DNA of 64,000 bases. It comes from an uncultured Pseudomonadales bacterium. GTDB lineage: Bacteria > Pseudomonadota > Gammaproteobacteria > Pseudomonadales > Porticoccaceae. The DNA is taken from contig CALSRZ010000004.1 in the NCBI GenBank assembly GCA_943788895.1, positions 56,454-120,453 of the forward strand, in the 5' to 3' direction. The position numbers and the translations under genes were made by a program. How positions within the stretch are numbered: position 1 is the first letter of the stretch; the number at the start of each line of letters is the position of its first letter. The notes below the pieces were generated by a model. The model saw only the letters and a list, made by a program, of their open reading frames with translations, was not told the origin of the DNA and made no database searches. This document shows, one piece after another, positions 29,733-43,102 of the stretch.

Positions 29733-32571
29733 ATGCCTGAGGGCCCCATGGAGCACTTTTTACGCTCCTCCCACTTCTCTGGTGGTAATGCTGCGTACAT
29801 TGAAGATCTCTATGATACGTATCTGCACGATCGCAATGGCGTTCCCGAAGAGTGGAGCAGCTTCTTTGATACGCTGCCGCGCACCAATGGCAGTGTCGCA
29901 CCGGATATTTCCCACGCCACCATAGTTCAGCACTTTGAATTGCTTGGCCGCCGTCAGGCGCGCCCAACCCCTGCACCTGGTTCCGGTGGTATTCACCTCG
30001 AACACGAGCGCAAACAGGTTAAGGTTGTTCAGTTAATCAGTTCCTACCGCTTCCGCGGACACCAGAAAGCCAATCTCGATCCATTGGGATTGATGATTCG
30101 TGAAGATGTCCCCGATCTGCATCTGCATTTCCATGGTTTGACACCAGCTGACCTGGATACCACATTCCAAACCAGTCCACTTTATATCGGCAAGCAGGAA
30201 GCAACCCTGCGCGAGATTGTTGAGTCTCTTGAAGAGACCTACTGCGGCAGCCTCGGCGCCGAGTATATGCATATCACCTCGTTTGCCGAGAAGCAGTGGC
30301 TGGCCCAGCGCTTTGAAAGCGTACGCTCCAAGCCCACCTATGGTGACGAGGCGCGACTCGATGTACTCAGCCGCCTAACCGCTGCCGAGGGTCTGGAAAA
30401 ACATCTGGATTCAAAATACCCGGGCACCAAGCGTTTTGGTCTCGAGGGTGGTGAGAGTTTAATTCCACTGCTCGACTGTCTGGTGCGCCGCGCCGGTGAA
30501 TATGGCGGCAAAGAAATTGTGATGGCCATGGCACACCGTGGTCGCCTTAACGTACTGGTTAATGTGCTGGGTAAAAACCCCGCCGAACTGTTTGAAGAGT
30601 TTGAAGGCAAGCGCCTGGTCAACACTTCAGGTGACGTTAAATATCACCAGGGTTTCTCGTCCAATGTGATGACCCCCGGTGGTGAAGTACATATGGCGCT
30701 GGGCTTTAACCCCTCGCACCTGGAAATCTCCTGTCCGGTAGTGATCGGCTCTGGCCGTGCTCGTCAAGATCGACGCAATGACCAGAGTGGCGAGAAGGTT
30801 GTTCCCATTCTGATGCACGGTGATGCGGCCTTTGCCGGTCAGGGTGTAGTCATGGAAACCTTCCAGCTGTCCCAGACCCGCGCTTACAAAACCGGCGGCA
30901 CCATCCATATTGTTATTAACAACCAGGTTGGTTTTACCACCAGCCGACAGGACGATGCGCGCTCAACCGAATACTGTACAGATATTGCCAAGATGGTTCA
31001 GGCGCCGATTCTGCATGTTAATGGCGACAACCCCGACGCAGTGATGTTTGCCGCTATGTTAGCGATGGACTATCGCTATGAGTTTGGCAAAGACGTGGTT
31101 ATCGATCTGGTTTGCTACCGCCGTCGCGGTCACAACGAGACCGATGAGCCATCCACCACTCAGCCATTGATGTACGACATTATTCGCAAGCACTCGACCA
31201 CCAGAGATCTCTATTCTCAAAAGCTGGTCAATGAAGGTGTCTTGAGCCAGAACCAGGCCAACGAGATGTCCAACGAATATCGCGCTCGACTGGATAAGGG
31301 TGAGTTTGTTGTTCACAACCTGGTTCGCGAGCCGGACACCAGCCTGTTTGTAAACTGGGAAGCTTACCTCGATCACGACTGGCGCACGCCCGCGAATACC
31401 GGTATGGATTTAGCACTGCTGCAAGATGTGGCTAATCGCGTCAACAAGATTCCCGATGGTATCAAGGTTCAGCGTCAGGTCGGCAAGCTCTACGATGACC
31501 GTCGCAAGATGGCCGGTGGTGCACTGCCTCTTAACTGGGGTATGGCGGAACTGCTGGCTTACGGCACGTTGCTTGAAGAGGGCTACCCGATTCGAATTAC
31601 TGGTCAGGATGTGCGTCGCGGTACTTTCTCTCACCGTCATGCGGTGGTGTTTAACCAGAAAGATGGCGAAGCCTATCTGCCGATGGCCAATCTCTCCAAA
31701 GATCAGCCGCGCTTTGATATCTATGACTCGGTACTCTCTGAAGAAGCGGTATTGGCCTTTGAATATGGCTATGCAACTACAGCACCTAAAGGTTTAATTA
31801 TCTGGGAAGCCCAGTTTGGTGATTTCGCCAATGGCGCCCAGGTAGTGATCGATCAGTTTATCGCCAGTGGTGAGCACAAGTGGGCGCGTCTATCTGGCCT
31901 GACTATGTTGCTACCTCACGGTTTTGAAGGGCAGGGGCCAGAGCACTCTTCGGCTCGACTGGAGCGCTTCCTGCAACTCTGTGCCGAGCACAATATGCAG
32001 GTGGTGATACCCACCACACCAGCACAGATTTTCCACCTGCTGCGTCGTCAGGCTATCCGCCCGATGCGCCGCCGCATTGATTATCATGAGCCCCAAGTGG
32101 ATTCTGCGTCACAAGCTGGCGACGTCCTCTCTGGAAGAACTCGCCAATGGTGAGTTCCAGAATGTTATCGCCGATAGCGAGATTGATCCCGCTAAAGCCA
32201 CTCGAGTTGTTCTCTGTTCAGGTAAGGTTTATTACCACCTTTATGAAGAGCGCGCGGCACGTGGTATCGATGATATTGCCCTGATCAGAATAGAGCAGCT
32301 CTATCCATTCCCGGATATTGAGCTGGAAGAGACGCTGAAGCCTTACGTGAATATAAAAGATGCTGTCTGGTGTCAGGAAGAGCCGATTAACCAGGGTGCC
32401 TGGTACAGCAGTCAGCACCATATGCGTCACGTGTTGCAGCGTATAGATCCAATGTTACATTTGCGTTATGTAGGTCGCGCGGCGTCTGCCGCACCGGCCT
32501 GTGGCTATATGACCACACACCTTGAAGAACAAAAACAATTTATTGACGAAGCACTGAGTCCAAACTCGTAA
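29733..32571 (+). CDS. sucA: 2-oxoglutarate dehydrogenase E1, frameshifted near 32.07 kb
   Basis: KRFGLEGGES, HGDAAFAGQG, WEAQFGDFANGAQ; second frame MSPKWILRH, WCQEEPINQGAW. Confidence 0.97.
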
Positions 32572-32586
32572 TACAGGAATATTGAA

Positions 32587-35258
<2,672 letters not shown>

Positions 35259-35276
35259 GCATTAGTGTTTTATCAG

Positions 35277-35307
35277 GCAGAGTTATCCGTTGGGTAACTC
35301 TGCTTTT
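35277..35307 (+). terminator. Terminator-like hairpin between lpdA and sucC
   Basis: GCAGAGTTATCC-GTT-GGGTAACTCTGC-TTTT. Confidence 0.75.
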
Positions 35308-35354
35308 GTAAAATTATTAATCAAAACCTTTAATTAAATAACAGGAAGTAAAGT

Positions 35355-36521
35355 ATGAACCTGCACGAATATCAGGGTAAGCAGCTTTTTGCCGAGTACG
35401 GATTGCCAGTATCGAAAGGTATTGCAGCAGAGACCGTCGCAGAAGCTGTGGCAGCTGCCGATGCAATAGGCGGAGACAAGTGGGTTGTTAAAGCCCAGGT
35501 CCACGCTGGTGGTCGCGGTAAAGCTGGCGGCGTAAAGCTGGTTAGCTCCAAGGCTGAAATCGAAGCATTCTCAGAGCAGTGGTTGGGCAAGAACCTGGTC
35601 ACTTACCAGACAGACGCCAAAGGCCAGCCAGTCAGCCGCATTCTGGTTGAAACCTGTACTGATATCGACCAGGAACTCTACCTCGGCGCCGTTGTTGACC
35701 GTGGTACTCGCCGTATTATCTTTATGGCCTCAACCGAAGGTGGTGTTGAGATCGAGAAGGTTGCAGAAGAGACTCCTGAAAAAATTCTTAAGGCAATTGT
35801 TGATCCGACAACTGGCGCACAGCCATACCAGGGTCGTGATCTGGCCTTTAAGCTCGGATTAAAAGGTGTACAGGTTAAGCAGTTTGTAAAGATCTTCCTC
35901 GGTCTGGCAAAGATGTTTAAAGAGAAAGACCTCGAGCTGCTGGAAATTAACCCACTGGTTATCACTGACGAAGGCAACCTGCACTGTCTGGACGCCAAAG
36001 TGATTATCGATGGCAACGCCATCTACCGTCAGCCGGCCATTAAAGAGATGCACGATCCCTCACAGGAAGATGCTCGCGAAGCCCACGCTGCTTCATTCGA
36101 ACTTAACTATGTTGCCCTCGATGGCAATATTGGTTGCATGGTAAACGGCGCAGGTCTGGCCATGGGTACCATGGATATTGTTCATCTGCACGGCGGTTCG
36201 CCAGCCAATTTCCTCGATGTAGGCGGCGGTGCAACCAAAGAGCGTGTAGTTGAAGCGTTTAAAATTATTCTCTCCGACGAAAACGTAAAAGCGGTACTGA
36301 TCAATATCTTCGGCGGCATTGTTCGCTGTGATCTGATCGCCGACGGCGTAATCGGCGCAGTGGAAGAAGTTGGCGTTAAGATTCCAGTGGTTGTTCGTCT
36401 GGAAGGTAACAATGCCGAATTGGGTACCCAGAAACTGGCCGAATCCGGTCTGTCTATCATTGCTGCAACCAGTCTGACTGATGCGGCACAGCAAGTTGTT
36501 AAAGCTGCGGAGGCTAACTAA
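35355..36521 (+). CDS. sucC: Succinyl-CoA synthetase beta subunit
   Basis: [48 protein letters not shown]. Confidence 0.98.
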   Translation: MNLHEYQGKQLFAEYGLPVSKGIAAETVAEAVAAADAIGGDKWVVKAQVHAGGRGKAGGVKLVSSKAEIEAFSEQWLGKNLVTYQTDAKGQPVSRILVETCTDIDQELYLGAVVDRGTRRIIFMASTEGGVEIEKVAEETPEKILKAIVDPTTGAQPYQGRDLAFKLGLKGVQVKQFVKIFLGLAKMFKEKDLELLEINPLVITDEGNLHCLDAKVIIDGNAIYRQPAIKEMHDPSQEDAREAHAASFELNYVALDGNIGCMVNGAGLAMGTMDIVHLHGGSPANFLDVGGGATKERVVEAFKIILSDENVKAVLINIFGGIVRCDLIADGVIGAVEEVGVKIPVVVRLEGNNAELGTQKLAESGLSIIAATSLTDAAQQVVKAAEAN

Positions 36522-37394
36522 ATGTCTATCTTAATTAATAGCGACACTAAGGTTATCTGTCAGGGCTTTACTGGCGGGCAGGGCACTTTTCACTCAGAGC
36601 AAGCAATTGCCTATGGTACAAAAATGGTCGGCGGTGTAACCCCGGGCAAAGGTGGTACCACTCATCTGGGTCTTCCGGTATTTAACACGGTTGCCGAAGC
36701 GGTAGAAGTGACTGGCGCTGAAGCCTCAGTTATCTACGTACCAGCACCATTCTGCAAAGACTCTATTCTTGAAGCCGCAAACTCTGGCCTTAAGCTGGTT
36801 GTCTGTATTACTGAAGGCGTTCCCACTCAGGATATGCTCGACTGTAAAGTTGTTTGCGACAATCTTGGCGTACGCCTTATTGGCCCTAACTGCCCAGGTG
36901 TTATCACACCAGGCGAGTGCAAGATCGGCATTATGCCCGGTCATATTCACCTGCCCGGCAAAGTCGGTATCGTCTCCCGTTCAGGTACTCTGACTTACGA
37001 AGCGGTTAAGCAGACCACCGACTACGGTTTTGGTCAGTCTACCTGTGTTGGTATTGGTGGCGACCCGATCCCCGGTTCCAGCTTTATCGATATTCTCGCG
37101 CTGTTTGAGAAAGATCCAGCTACCGAAGCGATCGTGATGATCGGTGAGATTGGCGGAACGGCAGAGGAAGAAGCAGCGGCTTATATCAAGGCTAATGTGA
37201 CCAAGCCTGTTGTCTCTTACATTGCCGGTGTAACTGCACCTCCAGGCAAGCGTATGGGCCATGCTGGCGCGATTGTATCCGGTGGTAAGGGAACTGCAGA
37301 CGAGAAGTTTGCAGCTCTGGAAGACGCTGGTGTTAAGACAGTTCGCAGTCTGGCTGATATCGGTAATGGCCTAAAGGAAATTACCGGCTGGTAA
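36522..37394 (+). CDS. sucD: Succinyl-CoA synthetase alpha subunit
   Basis: [28 protein letters not shown]. Confidence 0.98.
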   Translation: MSILINSDTKVICQGFTGGQGTFHSEQAIAYGTKMVGGVTPGKGGTTHLGLPVFNTVAEAVEVTGAEASVIYVPAPFCKDSILEAANSGLKLVVCITEGVPTQDMLDCKVVCDNLGVRLIGPNCPGVITPGECKIGIMPGHIHLPGKVGIVSRSGTLTYEAVKQTTDYGFGQSTCVGIGGDPIPGSSFIDILALFEKDPATEAIVMIGEIGGTAEEEAAAYIKANVTKPVVSYIAGVTAPPGKRMGHAGAIVSGGKGTADEKFAALEDAGVKTVRSLADIGNGLKEITGW

Positions 37395-37418
37395 GTTCTT
37401 TTGAGGTTTTAGTGATAT

Positions 37419-37447
37419 AAAAAAGCGGCTTTCGGGCCGCTTTTTTT
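37419..37447 (+). terminator. Terminator of the sdh-suc operon
   Basis: AAAAAAGCGGCT-TTCG-GGCCGCTTTTTTT. Confidence 0.92.
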
Positions 37448-37463
37448 GTGCCCGAAATCTTTG

Positions 37464-37491
37464 TGCTATAGTTAAGGTTCTTAGAGAACCT
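37464..37491 (+). promoter_or_regulatory. Putative extended -10 promoter plus operator palindrome of the TA operon
   Basis: TG-c-TATAGT (37464-37472) followed by AGGTTCT-TAG-AGAACCT (37475-37491), the usual position for RHH antitoxin autorepression. Confidence 0.6.
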
Positions 37492-37503
37492 CAGAGAATC
37501 ATC

Positions 37504-37755
37504 ATGGCATTAAAAGCAACCTCTGTAAGATTAGATGACGAAACCCTAGAGCGAGTAGGGCATATAGCAGAAGCGATGGATCGCCCTCGCGCCTGGCTGA
37601 TGGGTGAAGCGATCAAGCAATATGTCGCCCGTGAAGAGTGGGCGATTTATGAAATTGAGAAGGCGGTAGAAGCTGCTGATCAAGGTCAGCTGCAAAAGCA
37701 TTCCGATGTGAAGGCCAAGTGGGAGGCTAAAAAGAATGCAGCTCAATTGGACTGA
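37504..37755 (+). CDS. CopG/ribbon-helix-helix antitoxin
   Basis: TSVRLDDETLERVGHIAEAMDRPRAWLMGEAIKQYVAREEW; overlaps the toxin start. Confidence 0.85.
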   Translation: MALKATSVRLDDETLERVGHIAEAMDRPRAWLMGEAIKQYVAREEWAIYEIEKAVEAADQGQLQKHSDVKAKWEAKKNAAQLD

Positions 37756-38026
37756 GTTAGCGGTAAAAGATCTGGATTATGTAGAGAGCTATATAGCTGA
37801 AGAAGGCAATCCAGTTGCGGCTATAGATTTGGTCATACAGATTATTGATGTGACCGAAAAAATATTGCTTCAATACCCCGATGCGGGTCGCTCCGGACGA
37901 GTTACAGGTACTAGAGAGTTAGTGATTAAAGGTACTTCATTTATTGTAATTTACCGCAACCACAGCCAGTTAGGGCAGTTACAGGTATTGCGTGTGTTAC
38001 ATGATGCGCGTGAGTGGCCGGCATAA
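37736..38026 (+). CDS. RelE/ParE-family type II toxin
   Basis: MQLNWTELAVKDLDYVESYI...YPDAGRSGRVTGTRELVI...YR...VLRVLHDAREWP. Confidence 0.88.
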   Translation: MQLNWTELAVKDLDYVESYIAEEGNPVAAIDLVIQIIDVTEKILLQYPDAGRSGRVTGTRELVIKGTSFIVIYRNHSQLGQLQVLRVLHDAREWPA

Positions 38027-38091
38027 TAAGGCTGTGTTCTGCCAGGATAAAAGAAAACTTCAGTATTATTGGTTGTACTGCGATAGTTCAA

Positions 38092-38246
38092 ATAGCCCCT
38101 CTGTATACCCTTGAGATCAATCAGGGCCCGCTTATAAGTTTTTAATTTTCAGGTTGAGCGAGCGCCTGTTTGAGCGAAGCGAGTTGCGGGAGCGCTGGAA
38201 ATTATAAACTTATGGGACCGATCTCAAGGGTATACAGAGGGGCTAT
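38092..38246 (+). repeat. 155-bp palindromic element, copy A
   Basis: Perfect 27-bp terminal arms ATAGCCCCTCTGTATACCCTTGAGATC (38092-38118 / 38220-38246) around a 101-nt core homologous to 56185-56285. Confidence 0.92.
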
Positions 38247-38373
38247 CTCCCCACAAAAAACCCAACCCCCGCCCTAACAACAAATGAATAAAGAATAACT
38301 GCTATCATTCCTTTAAACTGAACTATGAATCACCCAAGTAATAATTATTTATTAAAAAGGTCCGAGCAAAAAA

Positions 38374-38904
38374 ATGGCATTCGATATGACAATGGCCCTG
38401 TTCCGGCCAGCGCTAAAATATGCAATGGAAAAGAACGGTCATGGAAAGGCCCTCGGACTCAAAATGACCGAGATTAATCGCGGCGAAATCAAACTCACCT
38501 TTCCCTACAAACAAGACGTGATCGGCAACCCACTGACCGGTGTTATTCACGGCGGTGTTATTGTCAGCCTTATCGATACCGCCTGTGGCTCCGCAGCCAT
38601 GACCGTACTGAAAACACCAGCGGTCGCACCAACCATGGACCTGCGTCTCGACTATATGCACCCCGCAGAGCCCAACAAGCCAATCTATGTCGAAGCCAAA
38701 GTCTACCGCCAGACCTCAAATGTTATCTTCTGTCGCGGCCTCGCATGGCAAGACGACAAAGAAAATCCCATTGCCCACGGTATTGCCAACTTTATGAAAG
38801 TCGACTCAAAAAGCATTAACTTCAGCGCCATAGCCATCACCCAGCTGCGCCGACTAATGCCCTGGGGAAGCAGTACAGCCAGCGATAAGGCAACCGAAAA
38901 ATGA
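38374..38904 (+). CDS. PaaI-family (hotdog) thioesterase
   Basis: GNPLTGVIHGGVIVSLIDTACG, PTMDLRLDYMHPA. Confidence 0.9.
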   Translation: MAFDMTMALFRPALKYAMEKNGHGKALGLKMTEINRGEIKLTFPYKQDVIGNPLTGVIHGGVIVSLIDTACGSAAMTVLKTPAVAPTMDLRLDYMHPAEPNKPIYVEAKVYRQTSNVIFCRGLAWQDDKENPIAHGIANFMKVDSKSINFSAIAITQLRRLMPWGSSTASDKATEK

Positions 38905-39359
38905 ATGCACAGCAAAAGCTACATCAGCTCGAAGACTGGCAGGCCAGTATCGCAGCAGCCCGCCTCGAGAAATGCCCTCAGTCGCTTTTAGAGATGATTC
39001 CCTATGCCGATTTTATCGGCGCCCAGGCAAAAATTGAAAATGACCGATTGCTCTACTGGCTGGACAAGCGCCCAACCAATATTGGCAACCCATCACTGCC
39101 AGCCATTCACGGCGGTGTTATCGGAGGCTTTCTCGAACTCTCGGCAGCCATAGAAATTCTTTACAGCCTCGAAATAGCCGCTGTTCCCAAAGTCGTGGAT
39201 TTCTCCCTCGACTACCTGCGCGCCGGCCGCTATAAAACCATCTACGCCAAATGCAATGTCCTGCGTCAGGGCAAGAAACTGGTCAATGTTACCGCAACTG
39301 CCTGGCAAGACGATGAAAATACCCCGATCGCCACCGCACGCTGCCATTTCCTGATTTAA
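38901..39359 (+). CDS. PaaI-family (hotdog) thioesterase
   Basis: GNPSLPAIHGGVIGGFLE, PKVVDFSLDYLRAG. Confidence 0.9.
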   Translation: MNAQQKLHQLEDWQASIAAARLEKCPQSLLEMIPYADFIGAQAKIENDRLLYWLDKRPTNIGNPSLPAIHGGVIGGFLELSAAIEILYSLEIAAVPKVVDFSLDYLRAGRYKTIYAKCNVLRQGKKLVNVTATAWQDDENTPIATARCHFLI

Positions 39360-39376
39360 ACAATCTCCCCGGGCGG

Positions 39377-39403
39377 TTGAAATTTATTTCAGCGCCCCCA
39401 TCT
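39377..39403 (+). promoter_or_regulatory. Sigma32 (RpoH) heat-shock promoter of htpG
   Basis: TTGAAA (39377-39382), 13-nt spacer, CCCCATCT (39396-39403); matches the RpoH consensus. Confidence 0.85.
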
Positions 39404-39466
39404 GATAGCTCATGTAAAAAATGTATTTAATAGTTCATGCAGCTAATATCAGGAGATCAATAGGAA

Positions 39467-41413
39467 ATGACAGCAAAAGCTAAATCATCAGCAGAAACAC
39501 TGGGTTTTCAAACCGAAGCCAAACAACTACTTCACCTCATGATTCACTCTCTTTACTCCAATAAAGAGATATTTTTACGTGAGTTGATTTCCAATGCCTC
39601 AGACGCCACCGACAAGTTGCGCGTTGAAGCGCTGGAAAATGCCGCCCTCTATGAAGATGACGGCGACCTGCGCATCCGTATCGCCATTGATGAAGAAGCG
39701 AAAACCGTGGTTATCTCCGATAACGGCATAGGCATGTCTCGCGACGAAGTTATTACCAACCTCGGCACCATCGCCAAATCCGGCACCGCCGACTTCCTGA
39801 AAAACCTTACCGGTGACCAGAAGCAGGACTCCCAGCTGATCGGTCAGTTTGGTGTTGGCTTCTACTCCTCGTTTATCGTTGCAGACAAAGTTGTGGTTGA
39901 AACCCGTCGCGCCGGTGCCGAAGCATCTGAAGCCGTGCGCTGGAGCTGTGAAGGCGAAGCCGACTATCAGCTGGAAACTATCGAGCGCGCCGAGCGCGGT
40001 ACCTCGATCACACTGCATCTAAAAGGCGAAGAGCAGGAATTTGCCAATGACTGGCGTCTGCGCAGCATTGTTAAAAAGTATTCAGACCATATCGCCATAC
40101 CCGTGGAAATGCTTAAGCAGGAACCACCGGCAATGCCAGGCGATGAAGAGAAGAAAGAAGAACCTGCAGAAATCGTCCCCGAGTGGGAAGCCGTCAACGA
40201 TGCCAAAGCGCTGTGGACTCGTTCCAGAAGCGAAGTTAGCGACGATGACTACAAAGAGTTCTACCGCCATGTCTCCCATGACTTTAATGAGCCACTGAGC
40301 TGGAGCCACAACCGCGTAGAGGGCAAGCACGAGTACACCAGCCTGCTGTATATCCCGGCTAATGCACCCATGGATCTCTACCAGCGCGAAGCATCACGTG
40401 GTATCAAGCTGTATATCAAGCGCACCTTTATTATGGATGACGCCGAACAGTTTATGCCCATGTACCTGCGCTTTGTAAAAGGTGTTCTCGACAGTGCCGA
40501 TCTACCCCTCAATGTCTCCCGAGAAATTCTTCAGAAGACACCGATGGTCGATAGCATTCGCGCTGCCCTGACCAAACGTATTCTCGATATGCTCAGCAAG
40601 ATGGCCACCAGCGAGCCGGAAAAATATGCCACATTCTGGACCCAGTTTGGCGCCGTCTTAAAAGAAGGCCCCAGCGAAGATAATGGCAACCGCGAAAAGA
40701 TCGCCAAGCTATTCCGCTTTTCCAGCTCGACCAGCGGCTCAGCCGATCAAAATGTTAGCCTCGAAGACTATATTGGCCGCATGAAAGAAGGGCAGGACAA
40801 GATCTACTTTGTGACTGGTGACAGCCACTCAGTAATTAAGAACAGCCCCTACCTGGAAGTCTTCGACAAGCACGGTATCGAAGTGCTGCTAATGTCCGAC
40901 CGTATCGACGAGTGGATGATGGGCTACCTCACCGAGTTTGATGGCAAGTCCTTCGAAGATGTCGCCCGTGGCGAGCTTGACCTAAGCAAAATCACCGGCG
41001 AAGAACCCAAGTCTGAAACCAATGCTGATGGCGATAAAAAGCCAGAAGACGCTGAGAATGCCGAATTGCTGGTACGTATCAAATCACTGCTCGAAGATAA
41101 GGTTGAAGAAGTGCGCAGCACCAGTCGTTTAACCAGTTCACCAGCCTGTCTGGTAGTTGGCGCCAATGATATGGGTGAGCAGATGCGCAAGATTATGGCC
41201 GCCGCCGGGCAACCGGTACCAGAAGCCAAGCCAATTCTTGAAATCAACGCCGAGCATCCTCTGGTCAATAAGCTTGATGGTGAAGCTGATGAAGAGCGCG
41301 CCAAAGTATTGGCCGGTGTGCTGTTTGATCAGGCAGCACTTTCAGCAGGGCGACCTCTGGAAAATCCAGCGCAGTTTGTTCAAGAGCTCAATCGTTTAAT
41401 GTTCAGTAATTAA
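39467..41413 (+). CDS. htpG: Molecular chaperone HtpG (Hsp90)
   Basis: [48 protein letters not shown]. Confidence 0.98.
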   Translation: MTAKAKSSAETLGFQTEAKQLLHLMIHSLYSNKEIFLRELISNASDATDKLRVEALENAALYEDDGDLRIRIAIDEEAKTVVISDNGIGMSRDEVITNLGTIAKSGTADFLKNLTGDQKQDSQLIGQFGVGFYSSFIVADKVVVETRRAGAEASEAVRWSCEGEADYQLETIERAERGTSITLHLKGEEQEFANDWRLRSIVKKYSDHIAIPVEMLKQEPPAMPGDEEKKEEPAEIVPEWEAVNDAKALWTRSRSEVSDDDYKEFYRHVSHDFNEPLSWSHNRVEGKHEYTSLLYIPANAPMDLYQREASRGIKLYIKRTFIMDDAEQFMPMYLRFVKGVLDSADLPLNVSREILQKTPMVDSIRAALTKRILDMLSKMATSEPEKYATFWTQFGAVLKEGPSEDNGNREKIAKLFRFSSSTSGSADQNVSLEDYIGRMKEGQDKIYFVTGDSHSVIKNSPYLEVFDKHGIEVLLMSDRIDEWMMGYLTEFDGKSFEDVARGELDLSKITGEEPKSETNADGDKKPEDAENAELLVRIKSLLEDKVEEVRSTSRLTSSPACLVVGANDMGEQMRKIMAAAGQPVPEAKPILEINAEHPLVNKLDGEADEERAKVLAGVLFDQAALSAGRPLENPAQFVQELNRLMFSN

Positions 41414-41446
41414 TGTGTTTGGATAAGTTAAACAGCTCCGTTGATT

Positions 41447-41474
41447 AAAAAAGCGCCCTCCGTGGGCGCTTTTT
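41447..41474 (+). terminator. htpG terminator
   Basis: AAAAAAGCGCCC-TCCGT-GGGCGCTTTT. Confidence 0.85.
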
Positions 41475-41553
41475 CTTATTCACGGCTGAAGTTTGCAGGG
41501 CATCCCCTTATAATGCCCACCTTTAGTGGAAAACTGGCTTGGAGCAGGGCTCT

Positions 41554-42585
41554 GTGACAAATAATAACAATCATAAAATAGCCGTATTGGGCGGTGGTAG
41601 CTTCGGCACCATTATCGCCAATATGCTCGCCGTCAATGGTCACGCAACCACATTGTGGATGCGCAGCAGTGAACAGTGCCAAGCGATTAACGCCAGCGGA
41701 GAAAATGCCGCCTATCTGCCAGGTTTTAAATTAGACCCGGCACTGAATGTCAGCACCGATATTGAGCAGGCCCTGGAAGGGGTTGATACGGTATTTTTTG
41801 CCGTACCCAGCAGCGCCTTTCGCAAGGTCGCCAAGTTAGTCAGTCCCTGGGTCAATGCAGAAACAGTACTTATCAGTGCCGCCAAAGGCATAGAAGCCGA
41901 AACTTTCCTGCTGCCAAGTCAGATACTTGAGCAGGAACTACCTGACTGCAAAGTCGGTGTTATCAGCGGCCCCAATCTAGCCAAAGAGATTGCCAACTTT
42001 GAAATTACCGCCACAGTAATTGCCAGTGAGCACGACAGCCTCTGTGATCGCGCTCAGGAACTGTTGGCATCCAATTATTTTCGAATCTACGCCAATCACG
42101 ATCGCTACGGTGTTGAACTGGCCGGCGCCCTGAAGAATATCTACGCGATTGTTTCCGGTATCGCCGAGGCAATGAAGGTCGGCCAAAACACCAAAAGTGT
42201 TGTGCTAACCCGCAGCCTGGCCGAGATGAGCCGCTTTGCCAGCCAGCTTGGTGCAGACCCGCTGACCTTTTTAGGGCTCAGTGGTGTCGGTGATCTCTAT
42301 GTCACCTGCAGCTCACCGCTAAGCCGCAATTTCCGTGTTGGATTAGCCTTGGGCGAGGGTAAAAGTCTCGAACAGGCAATTGCCGATGTAGGGCAGGTGG
42401 CCGAAGGCGTAAATACGACTAAACTAGTAAAAGAGAGAGCCGATAAATTAGGTATCTATATGCCATTGGCCTCGGCCCTGTATGCCATTATGTTTGAGCA
42501 GCGACCGATTGTTGAGTCCCTGCAGGCAATGATGGTGGCAGAACAAAACACAGATGTTGAATTTATGGTGAAACCCAATGAGTGA
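41554..42585 (+). CDS. gpsA: NAD(P)H-dependent glycerol-3-phosphate dehydrogenase
   Basis: VLGGGSFGT, SGPNLAKE, GALKNIYAI, GVGDLYVTCSSPLSRN, VAEGVNT; GTG start with GGAG upstream. Confidence 0.96.
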   Translation: MTNNNNHKIAVLGGGSFGTIIANMLAVNGHATTLWMRSSEQCQAINASGENAAYLPGFKLDPALNVSTDIEQALEGVDTVFFAVPSSAFRKVAKLVSPWVNAETVLISAAKGIEAETFLLPSQILEQELPDCKVGVISGPNLAKEIANFEITATVIASEHDSLCDRAQELLASNYFRIYANHDRYGVELAGALKNIYAIVSGIAEAMKVGQNTKSVVLTRSLAEMSRFASQLGADPLTFLGLSGVGDLYVTCSSPLSRNFRVGLALGEGKSLEQAIADVGQVAEGVNTTKLVKERADKLGIYMPLASALYAIMFEQRPIVESLQAMMVAEQNTDVEFMVKPNE

Positions 42586-43012
42586 TAAAAAAATACCTTT
42601 AACCAATTGTAATACCTGGATCCGCCTCGCCTATATGGTGCTGTTTGGCTTTCTGTTGATGGTCGCGCGACTGGTTATCGCCGTTGTAGTCGTCGTACAG
42701 TTTCTACTGGTCCTGCTGATTGGCTCAGATAATAAAAATCTGCGCAATCTCGGTCAGGGTCTCGGCAAGTGGGTCTATAAAACAGTCATGTTCCTGACCT
42801 TTAACGCTGAAGAAAAACCCTTTCCCTTTGATGAGTGGCCATCCACTGATACCACTGAAGGATATTCGGTGAACAGCGCTGAAGATTCATCGGAAGAGGA
42901 TATTGAAGATGGCGAATATGTTGAAGCCGAAGAGGTAGTTGACGATGATATTCCATCGTTCACCGCCGACGAATCTGAGTCTGACGAAGATAGAGATCAG
43001 CCGCTAAAATAA
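42578..43012 (+). CDS. DUF4389-like membrane protein with an acidic tail
   Basis: WIRLAYMVLF...VQFLLVL...NLRNLGQGL...FLTFNAEEKPFPFDEWP. Confidence 0.8.
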   Translation: MSDKKIPLTNCNTWIRLAYMVLFGFLLMVARLVIAVVVVVQFLLVLLIGSDNKNLRNLGQGLGKWVYKTVMFLTFNAEEKPFPFDEWPSTDTTEGYSVNSAEDSSEEDIEDGEYVEAEEVVDDDIPSFTADESESDEDRDQPLK

Positions 43013-43013
43013 T

Positions 43014-43051
43014 TTTAATGATTAATAGCTTTAATGATTAATAGCTTTAAT
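43014..43051 (+). repeat. Short tandem duplication (16-bp unit, about 2.4 copies)
   Basis: TTTAATGATTAATAGC x2 + TTTAAT. Confidence 0.85.
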
Positions 43052-43102
43052 CATTCCCAGAGCTGTCCCTGACAGGGGTTTCTCACTTCAGAGAGATAGA
43101 CT

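Noticed and set aside
32060-32160. Split sucA as a two-subunit E1
   Set aside because: A single indel restores the canonical ...PL-I-I-M-S-P-K...LRH sequence
38092-38246. 155-bp elements as classical MITEs or integron attC sites
   Set aside because: Terminal arms are not conserved between copies, there is no target duplication, and there are no RYYYAAC/GTTRRRY core sites
43014-43051. 16-bp tandem duplication as a regulatory array
   Set aside because: Only about 2.4 AT-rich copies with no recognisable operator; consistent with a simple slippage duplication
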